From: a virus
Length of the DNA: 64,000 nucleotides
Virus record (IMG/VR): IMGVR_UViG_3300025141_012314
Location: 16,342-80,341 of that record
Strand: one strand, 5' to 3'
How positions within the stretch are numbered: position 1 is the stretch's first letter; every line of letters begins with the position of its first letter. Positions 18,948 through 26,138 of the stretch are shown here, one piece after another. The notes beneath the pieces are model-generated. The model had not been told where the DNA came from. It did no database searches and saw nothing but the letters and a program-made list of their open reading frames with translations. A program made the position numbers and the translations under genes.

Positions 18948-20146
18948 AATATCAAAACTATAAAAAATCCAGACAAGAGACAATTAAATATCCCTTAGCA
19001 AAAGAAACTATTAACGACGAAGATGTCAATGCATTATGCGACTGGCTCAAGAGCTATCCGCGCCTGACAAAGGGTGCGTTGACTTGGCAAGTCGAAGAAG
19101 ACTGGGCAAAGTACATCGGAACCAGATACTCAGTTTTTAATAACTCAGGATCCTCAGCAAACCTCTTAATGGTCGCTGCTGCAGTCCAAGCCGGACGCAT
19201 CCCAAACAAGAAGATCGCAGTACCATCCGTAGGTTGGGTTACCACTATCTCTCCAGCAATGCAGCTTGGACTAGAACCAATCATGGTCGGCTCTGACCCA
19301 GAAACATACGGCATGGATTTAGACCAGCTGGAGGCAGTTTGCGAACGCGACCGACCTGACGCTGTTATCTTTGTCCAAGTATTGGGCGTACCGCACTACA
19401 AAGAGCGTCTGCTGGCGTTAAAGGAGAAATACGGGTTCATACTCCTTGAAGATGCTTGCGCGGCTCTAGGAGCCTCCTACGCCGACGGAAGCATGGTTGG
19501 GACAGTCGGAGACATGTCTTCATTCTCGTTCTACTTTGGGCACCAGTTGTCAACTATCGAGGGCGGAATGGTTAACGTAAACGACCCAGAACTATATGAA
19601 ATGCTACTAATGCTTCGCTCTCACGGCTGGGCTAAGGATTTGCCGAAAGATTCATATGACGAACTGATGTCTGAGCACGGCGTTGATGATTTTCATAGCC
19701 CGTTTACATTTTTTATCCCGGGATACAACCTAAGATCGACAGACCTGCAGGCATTCTTGGGCATTCGCCAGATTAAAAAGGCTGACTGGGCTGCAAAAAG
19801 GCGATATGAGAACCACTGTTTATATGCTGAAAAGCTCGAAGGATATGTAGAGTTTCAGAAGTGGGGAGACAATACTCCTGTGTCGATTTCATTTGGAGCC
19901 TTGGCTAGCAGCACCGAACATCGCCGAGAAATAGTCGAAAGACTTGTCGCAAACGGCGTCGAAACTAGGATATATAGCGCTGGTAATCTTGGCCGGCATC
20001 CTTTCTGGACAGCCAAATACGAAGAGTTTGTTGATGAGCACAGCGATAAGATTCACTCTCAAGGCTTTTTCATCCCAAACTATCCCGAGTTGACAGCAGA
20101 CGAGATTGACTTTATCTGCAACGTAGTCAAAGGCGAAGTCGAATGA
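18944..20146 (+). CDS. colD: PLP-dependent GDP-4-keto-6-deoxymannose 3-dehydratase (ColD-like; DegT fold)
   Basis: YPLA N-terminus, SGSSANLLM, SFYFGHQLSTIEGG with His in place of the PLP Lys, RSHGW, PGYNLR; lacks the RfbH Fe-S cysteines. Confidence 0.75.
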   Translation: MKYQNYKKSRQETIKYPLAKETINDEDVNALCDWLKSYPRLTKGALTWQVEEDWAKYIGTRYSVFNNSGSSANLLMVAAAVQAGRIPNKKIAVPSVGWVTTISPAMQLGLEPIMVGSDPETYGMDLDQLEAVCERDRPDAVIFVQVLGVPHYKERLLALKEKYGFILLEDACAALGASYADGSMVGTVGDMSSFSFYFGHQLSTIEGGMVNVNDPELYEMLLMLRSHGWAKDLPKDSYDELMSEHGVDDFHSPFTFFIPGYNLRSTDLQAFLGIRQIKKADWAAKRRYENHCLYAEKLEGYVEFQKWGDNTPVSISFGALASSTEHRREIVERLVANGVETRIYSAGNLGRHPFWTAKYEEFVDEHSDKIHSQGFFIPNYPELTADEIDFICNVVKGEVE

Positions 20147-20880
20147 GGATTCTCGTAATAGGAGAAAGTTGCAAAGATGTTTATCAGTACGGCGATTGTG
20201 TCAGGCTCTGTCCTGAAGCGCCCGTGCCGGTCTTCCAAAGTAATCGACACCAAACGATTAATGGTGGAATGGCGATGAACGTTTACAACAATGTGTCCTC
20301 TTTATGCGAGTACCCTGTTGATCTGATTACGAACGAGAATTGGACAGAGATCTTAAAAACAAGACTAGTCGATTTCCGTACAAATTATATAGTTTTGCGT
20401 GTAGATCAAAATGACGCCGATTATGAAAAGAGTGATATAACAAAGATCGAGTTTGAAAAATATGACGCAGTTATAATCTCGGACTATAATAAAGGATATT
20501 TGTCCGAGGATGACATTGAATATATTGCAACGCAGCATCCAATAACATTTCTTGATACAAAAAAGATTTTAGGAAACTGGTGTCGCAATATTATGTTTAT
20601 TAAGATAAATGAATTTGAATATGAGCGCACTCGACATCGTTTGGAAGAGGATATGATTGATAAGATGATTATTACTCTTGGTCCAAACGGCGCCAAATAT
20701 AAAGACGAGCTTTATAAGGTGCCCAAAGTAGAGATAAAAGATACTTCTGGTGCCGGCGATACATTTATTTCCGGGCTTGTTGTAAAATATGTAGAAACTG
20801 GTGAGATTGACACCGCGATTAAATATGCGAATGAGTGTGCTACTGCTGTTGTGCAAAAAAAGGGCGTAACCATAGTATAA
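20143..20880 (+). CDS. PfkB-family sugar kinase, HldE/RfaE kinase domain (HldA-like)
   Basis: RLCPEAPVPV, GGMAMNV, IISDYNKG, DTSGAGDTF. Confidence 0.85.
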   Translation: MRILVIGESCKDVYQYGDCVRLCPEAPVPVFQSNRHQTINGGMAMNVYNNVSSLCEYPVDLITNENWTEILKTRLVDFRTNYIVLRVDQNDADYEKSDITKIEFEKYDAVIISDYNKGYLSEDDIEYIATQHPITFLDTKKILGNWCRNIMFIKINEFEYERTRHRLEEDMIDKMIITLGPNGAKYKDELYKVPKVEIKDTSGAGDTFISGLVVKYVETGEIDTAIKYANECATAVVQKKGVTIV

Positions 20881-21278
20881 TGCAAAACAAAACCACCATA
20901 TGGACGAACGGCTGTTTTGACGTGCTCCACCGCGGACACTTTGAGATGCTTAAGTATGCGAAGTCTTTAGGAGACTATTTAATTGTGGGCATAGACACTG
21001 ATGAGAAAGTTAAGAAGGATAAGGGACAGAACAGACCTTACAACCATCAGAATGATCGAAAGTTTGCGCTTGAATCAATAAGATATGTTGACGAGGTAAT
21101 ACTTTTTAATTCATCAAATGAATTAAAAAACTTGATAAAAGTGTTGAAACCGGATATAATGGTTATAGGTTCTGATTGGAAAGGAAAAACAGTTGTGGGA
21201 CAAGAGTTTTCAACTGTAAAGTTTTTTGATAGGATTGGTGATTATTCAACCACAAACATTTTGGAGAACAAGGGATGA
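20880..21278 (+). CDS. nucleotidyltransferase, HldE/RfaE domain II (HldC-like)
   Basis: TNGCFDVLHRGH, LIVGIDTD, KGQNRP, PDIMVIGSDW, YSTT; ATG 20880 overlaps the upstream TAA. Confidence 0.85.
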   Translation: MQNKTTIWTNGCFDVLHRGHFEMLKYAKSLGDYLIVGIDTDEKVKKDKGQNRPYNHQNDRKFALESIRYVDEVILFNSSNELKNLIKVLKPDIMVIGSDWKGKTVVGQEFSTVKFFDRIGDYSTTNILENKG

Positions 21279-21616
21279 CATATGTATTTGATATCGATGG
21301 AACAATTTGTACGAAAGCAGCTGACTATGACTACGAGAGTTCAGAACCAATACAAGAAAGGATAGATTATATTAATAGATTATTCGACTCTGGGCACGTT
21401 ATAATTTTTCAAACAGCCAGAGGTATGGGAAGAAGTAGAAACTCTGCTGCGTACGCCAACGCAGCATTTTATATTATGACCCAAGAACAGCTTAAGAGTT
21501 GGGGTGTGAGATATCACGATTTATTTTTAGGCAAACCCGCCGGCGATATTTATATCGACGATAAAGGTGTTAGAGATACGGATTTTTTTGATAATTTAGG
21601 AGCAGAGGCTAAATGA
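21275..21616 (+). CDS. small HAD-family phosphatase (capsule-biosynthesis type)
   Basis: VFDIDGTIC, TARG, GKP, YIDDK. Confidence 0.8.
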   Translation: MTYVFDIDGTICTKAADYDYESSEPIQERIDYINRLFDSGHVIIFQTARGMGRSRNSAAYANAAFYIMTQEQLKSWGVRYHDLFLGKPAGDIYIDDKGVRDTDFFDNLGAEAK

Positions 21617-21981
21617 GTAAACCCACACATGAATTATCAATGTTCCACGTCGATAAAGGCTGGGGCTGGGAACGTTGGATCGTAAACACCGAAGAATATT
21701 GCGGCAAACTATTGTTTTTCAACAAGTCCAAGCGCTGTTCATGGCACTACCACAAGCTAAAAGATGAGGTTTTTTATCTACAGTCCGGAAAAATGATGAT
21801 TTATTTTTCTGACAGCGATGAACTTGAAAACGCCAGCCAACTCATCTTAAACCCCGGCGATAACTTTCATGTTTATCGAGGGCTGCGCCACCAAATGGTA
21901 GCGCTGGAGGACTCGGAGCTATTCGAGTTTTCAACACAACATTTTGACTCTGATTCCTACAGAGTAATCAAAGGAGATTAA
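21613..21981 (+). CDS. cupin, sugar-isomerase-like
   Basis: KGWGWERW, SWHYHKLKDEVFY, GLRH, EFST. Confidence 0.75.
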   Translation: MSKPTHELSMFHVDKGWGWERWIVNTEEYCGKLLFFNKSKRCSWHYHKLKDEVFYLQSGKMMIYFSDSDELENASQLILNPGDNFHVYRGLRHQMVALEDSELFEFSTQHFDSDSYRVIKGD

Positions 21982-21986
21982 TTATT

Positions 21987-22205
21987 ATGGAAACCAAAAA
22001 ACTGCAGCTATCTAACCAAGCCCTAGGGGCTATCATGATGGCATTACAAGAATCGCTTCTCAATGAGTTAGATATTGTGCCTATCCTCCGCGGATTTGAA
22101 TTAACAGATACCAATGAAGGACTTGTTGTTGAAAATCCACCAACCGTTCGCGTAACGAACAATGAGGCGATCACTAACGAAACTCTTGAAGGGCTTGTTA
22201 AATAA
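21987..22205 (+). CDS. hypothetical protein
   Basis: GGAG SD, 72-aa ORF coupled to the next gene. Confidence 0.6.
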   Translation: METKKLQLSNQALGAIMMALQESLLNELDIVPILRGFELTDTNEGLVVENPPTVRVTNNEAITNETLEGLVK

Positions 22206-22474
22206 TGCCTCGCTACCGATATAAATGTCGGGAATGTGAACAAGAGCAAATTATCTTTCATAAGATAGAAGAAGCCCCCACTGAGTGTACTAAGTGTGCT
22301 AAAGTGGGTGCTCTAGATAAAATGCTTACCACACCATTTGTTAAGTCGCGATGTTTGGGAGAAGAGCAGGATCCCAATGTTGGTACCCTGACTCACGAAT
22401 ATATCGAAGCAAACCGAGATATATTAAAGAAACAACAAGAAGAACTAAAGAAGAAATCACATGAGCCGTCTTGA
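22205..22474 (+). CDS. FmdB-like zinc-ribbon protein
   Basis: MPRYRYKCREC...CTKC (MPxYxYxCxxC...CxxC). Confidence 0.75.
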   Translation: MPRYRYKCRECEQEQIIFHKIEEAPTECTKCAKVGALDKMLTTPFVKSRCLGEEQDPNVGTLTHEYIEANRDILKKQQEELKKKSHEPS

Positions 22475-22811
22475 AATAACACTATCAGTAATACTGACTT
22501 TATCTGTATTAATTAATATAGGCATTGGGCTCTATACACGTCTTTTAATCATCAATCTTCTGTCTGTATCAGAAGAGTTGGATGATCTGCAGATTATGGC
22601 TAAGGGTTTCTCATCTCATCTTAAATCCGTATATGAGTTAGAGACCTTTTATGGCGACGATACTCTTAAGAGATTATTAGATCACGCAATTTCCTTCGAC
22701 GAACAGATGAAAACATTTGAATTTATTATAAACCTTACGGAAGAAGACCAAGAAACAGATGACGACTACACCGACGAATCAGAAGACCAGACGTACGCGG
22801 AAACCGAGTAA
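22461..22811 (+). CDS. hypothetical membrane-anchored protein
   Basis: hydrophobic N-terminal segment (ITLSVILTLSVLINIGIGLY), acidic C-terminal tail. Confidence 0.6.
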   Translation: MSRLEITLSVILTLSVLINIGIGLYTRLLIINLLSVSEELDDLQIMAKGFSSHLKSVYELETFYGDDTLKRLLDHAISFDEQMKTFEFIINLTEEDQETDDDYTDESEDQTYAETE

Positions 22812-23493
22812 GAGCAAAAAGTCCCGTAAAAACTACTATTTTACATCTGTGCACGAAGACGCGATTATCGAATATGTCCAAACAGATTCAGCGCGCCGTA
22901 AAACAGAACTGTACATAAACTTTATACAACCAGCTTTTGACGAGATGGTTGATAAAATAGTCTTTACTTATAAGTTTACTAACTTGCCCAATATCGACAG
23001 TTTAAGAGAAGAGTGCAAGATTTGGCTTATAACAATATTAGATAAATATGACTCTTCGAAAGGCACAAAAGCTTTTTCATATTTTTCTGTGATTACAAAA
23101 AATTGGTTTATCCACAAAGTAAAACAACAGCAAAAAAGACAAAGAAGAGAAATAAATTATAGTTCTATCCCAAAACACTATGAAGAGCAATTCTTATCAA
23201 CCAATGAATCATATCTTTCAAAGCGCGTAGAGAGAGAATTTTGGACATCGTTCCATTGTGAAATGCAATCATGGGATGTAAATCTTATGAAAGAAAACGA
23301 TCTTAAAGTTTATAAAGCTATCAACATCCTTTTTGAGTCGAAAGAGGACATCGATATCTTTAATAAAAAGGCTATTTATTTATATTTGCGAGAGATAACC
23401 GGGCTGAATACAAAACAAATTGTCAATTCGCTTAAGAAATTCAGGAAACGATATCATAATTTTAAAGATGATTGGAACCACGGTAACCTGTAA
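22759..23493 (+). CDS. phage sigma factor, T4 gp55-like late sigma (putative)
   Basis: NYYF N-terminus and KYDSSKGTKAFSYFSVITKNWFI resembling sigma region 2 as in gp55; located just before the structural module. Confidence 0.6.
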   Translation: MTTTPTNQKTRRTRKPSKSKKSRKNYYFTSVHEDAIIEYVQTDSARRKTELYINFIQPAFDEMVDKIVFTYKFTNLPNIDSLREECKIWLITILDKYDSSKGTKAFSYFSVITKNWFIHKVKQQQKRQRREINYSSIPKHYEEQFLSTNESYLSKRVEREFWTSFHCEMQSWDVNLMKENDLKVYKAINILFESKEDIDIFNKKAIYLYLREITGLNTKQIVNSLKKFRKRYHNFKDDWNHGNL

Positions 23494-23507
23494 AATTGGT
23501 TATATTT

Positions 23508-23514
23508 CTATTTA
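23508..23514 (+). promoter_or_regulatory. candidate late promoter motif CTATTTA
   Basis: intergenic, ~30 nt before ATG 23539; same motif in three other long gaps. Confidence 0.45.
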
Positions 23515-23538
23515 AAGTATTGGAGGGAAAATATAATT

Positions 23539-23841
23539 ATGAGTAAGAAAGATTTAGATACGCTGATTGATGAAGCACTTGATAACATACGCTCCGATCG
23601 CCAAAGCGCCAAAGAGTTTCTTAACGAGATAGCGAACCACATTGCGAAGGACCCAGAACAGAACAAGTATCTAAGCCCTGTCGCCGCGAAACATGTAGAA
23701 ACAATGCAGCGTTCAAACGAGCAGTTGGTAAAGATTATAGGTATCCGACAGAAAGGACAGGCTAGTAAAATGTCCTTAAGCGATGAGGACAAAGATAGTA
23801 TATTCGATTTGATTCAGGATAGCCCCACAGATGTCAACTAA
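23539..23841 (+). CDS. hypothetical helical protein
   Basis: 100-aa ORF with GGAGG SD. Confidence 0.6.
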   Translation: MSKKDLDTLIDEALDNIRSDRQSAKEFLNEIANHIAKDPEQNKYLSPVAAKHVETMQRSNEQLVKIIGIRQKGQASKMSLSDEDKDSIFDLIQDSPTDVN

Positions 23842-25183
23842 TGTATATGACTGGACTACTGTAACTTCGCCATCTGAGGCTTTAGACTGGTTTAATAACT
23901 CAATCCGCAAGGCTGCAGAATACAACGTATTTGGAAACAAGACAGTTTTTGAAGCGATTGTTCTGGCAGACGCATACCCTTTGTCTGTGAGTGCTGCCGG
24001 TACCCCCGGGTACCCCCCACCCGCAGACGGTGATACGGGACCAACATGGGGAGTTAACACGCGCTTTGCGTTTAAAGCTAGAATAGTTGGTAACCCATCA
24101 CCACATGCGTTCCTTCCCGATCCTTGTGATCCACAGTATGAGACACAATCTTCATTTCTCAATACAAGCATTATTGATTCACATACAACGTTTATATCAC
24201 AAGTGGGGTATTCTACTGATGCTGCCAAGCGTCCCAAAACAGGAGATATCGTGGAAGTTCGGCTAAGACCGGGCCAGAACGGATATGATCTGCAATATGG
24301 TAATTTTATAAAAGTACTAGACTCTTACCGCCATGGCGCAGAAGAAAACGTACGCCCACAGTGCATGAGTATGGAGACTCTTTTTCGAAACTCTCCCGGC
24401 GGCGCCCCACCAGCAACCCCACCCGCAACTTCTACCCCGCGCTTCATAACTTGGGAGTCACTCACGTGGCAAGTCGCGCCTTTACGCAATTTGCTGGCTT
24501 TTATCGCTTCCGGCGAAGGGGGATATACCTCTGTCAACCGCGGACAAGCCGGCGACTCCCCCGGGGTTTGGAGCGATTATACCGACGCCGCAGCAGTCCA
24601 AACTTTTAACGAAATCGTCGTTGACAGCCCCACCCACAACCCGGGTGGCGCCCGCTATTCTACTCTTCGCCAGTCCATGGCTCTCACCGCACTCCCGCTC
24701 CTATTTATCCAGGGGATCCAAAGAAACGGCGCATTCGCCTCGCTTGTTTCCAACGCGAATGTGCCGGGATCCCCAAATACCGTTCAAAACAAACAAGGCT
24801 TTCTAGCAGTCGGACAATACCAGATAATACCAGACACACTGTCTATGATTCTTGGGTGGGTTGACATTCCCATGTATGAATTATACAGCACTACCAATCA
24901 AGATAAACTTGCCGCTGCTCTGCTTCTAAAAAATCACCCCTCATTGGGAAGTTATTTGATGGGGACTTACGAGCATGTTGAACATGCTGCACAAGATTTA
25001 GCAAAAATCTGGGCTTCAGTACCTCTTCAGTGGGCCGAATCATATAACGGCGCTCGGTGCGAGCGCGGACAAAGTAAGTATTGTTCAGTGGGAGGAAATA
25101 GATCATTTCATACTCCGGAACAAACAATTGCAAAACTAGAAGAGGCAAGACGCCTCATGGCTGCAGCAATTCAGAATACCTAG
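23831..25183 (+). CDS. baseplate hub/spike protein: OB-fold-like N-domain plus lambda-R/GH104-type lysozyme
   Basis: PKTGDIVEVR; Pro/Thr linker; LAFIASGEGGY (catalytic Glu), AVGQYQIIPDTL, NQDKLA, LAKIWASVP. Confidence 0.7.
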   Translation: MSTNVYDWTTVTSPSEALDWFNNSIRKAAEYNVFGNKTVFEAIVLADAYPLSVSAAGTPGYPPPADGDTGPTWGVNTRFAFKARIVGNPSPHAFLPDPCDPQYETQSSFLNTSIIDSHTTFISQVGYSTDAAKRPKTGDIVEVRLRPGQNGYDLQYGNFIKVLDSYRHGAEENVRPQCMSMETLFRNSPGGAPPATPPATSTPRFITWESLTWQVAPLRNLLAFIASGEGGYTSVNRGQAGDSPGVWSDYTDAAAVQTFNEIVVDSPTHNPGGARYSTLRQSMALTALPLLFIQGIQRNGAFASLVSNANVPGSPNTVQNKQGFLAVGQYQIIPDTLSMILGWVDIPMYELYSTTNQDKLAAALLLKNHPSLGSYLMGTYEHVEHAAQDLAKIWASVPLQWAESYNGARCERGQSKYCSVGGNRSFHTPEQTIAKLEEARRLMAAAIQNT

Positions 25184-25195
25184 GAGAATTAAAAT

Positions 25196-26131
25196 ATGTC
25201 AATTGACGCCGAAGCATGGCTTAGAAAACTCGAAAACAATAAACCAACAAGCACCCCTTCTAACAGCCCCTTCTTTCATTCAGATGTTAATCCCGCAGGT
25301 CCAATTTTCATTCCTTCGAAAGCGGAGAAAATTGTTGGACAAGGAAACTCACAAATTGTATTTGGTAGAGATCGTTCGGGAAATCTTGCGTCCGGACAGG
25401 GGGCATTCTTAGAATCACCCACGATTGACATTGTGGTTGGTAGAGGTGCCTCATCTCCGGATGGCGCCACCGGAACATTAGTGCACAATAACTTCTTCGC
25501 AGACGCAGCGAGAATATATGTTAGCGAGAACACCCGCGCAGATAGGAATTTTGATTTAGCTCTAGGGAGCATCGGGCATATGTCCCCCACAGGCTGCTCT
25601 GCTATAGTCTTGAAAGCTGATAACACGCGCATTATTGGACGCGGCGGAGTAAAAATAATCACAGGTAAAGCCCCTCGCGTTGCTGGCTTTGGTAACACTG
25701 GCGAGACCTTATCAACAGGAGAATCAATACTCCCAGCCCCTCCGATTGATTTAATCGCTGGCAACTATACCGGCATCCAAACAGTTAAAGGTCCACTAGG
25801 GATCGGAACACAAGAGATTCCAGCACTACAACCCGTTATAAGAGGAAAGAATCTAGAACATGGATTGAAGGAGTTGATTGGGATCGTGGGAGAACTCTGG
25901 AGCGCCGTGTTTAACTTGAGTCTGATTCAGACAGGGTTCAACGGAGTTATTGGAGTCGACCCTTGGCGTCCATGGGTCGCCGCAGCAGCAGCCCCTGTGA
26001 CAACACAGCAATTAACAAGTGTTATAAACAGTTTATATCATACTAAGGCTAATGCAATAGTTTGGGAAACAAACTATTTATCTCGCGCAGGGTACAAATA
26101 TATTTGCAGTCCCAACGTTAACGCGACATAG
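25196..26131 (+). CDS. putative spike/baseplate protein (gp5 C-terminal-like)
   Basis: beta-strand repeats (SQIVFGRDR, IDIVVGR, ARIYVSE, AIVLKADNTRIIGRGGVKIITG); follows the lysozyme gene. Confidence 0.45.
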   Translation: MSIDAEAWLRKLENNKPTSTPSNSPFFHSDVNPAGPIFIPSKAEKIVGQGNSQIVFGRDRSGNLASGQGAFLESPTIDIVVGRGASSPDGATGTLVHNNFFADAARIYVSENTRADRNFDLALGSIGHMSPTGCSAIVLKADNTRIIGRGGVKIITGKAPRVAGFGNTGETLSTGESILPAPPIDLIAGNYTGIQTVKGPLGIGTQEIPALQPVIRGKNLEHGLKELIGIVGELWSAVFNLSLIQTGFNGVIGVDPWRPWVAAAAAPVTTQQLTSVINSLYHTKANAIVWETNYLSRAGYKYICSPNVNAT

Positions 26132-26138
26132 GAGAGTC

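Noticed and set aside
18944-20146. DegT/perosamine-type aminotransferase
   Set aside because: The catalytic Lys position is His, as in ColD.
915-21981. Ordinary bacterial O-antigen/capsule locus
   Set aside because: No flippase, polymerase, exporter or initiating transferase; contiguous and coupled with phage sigma and baseplate genes.
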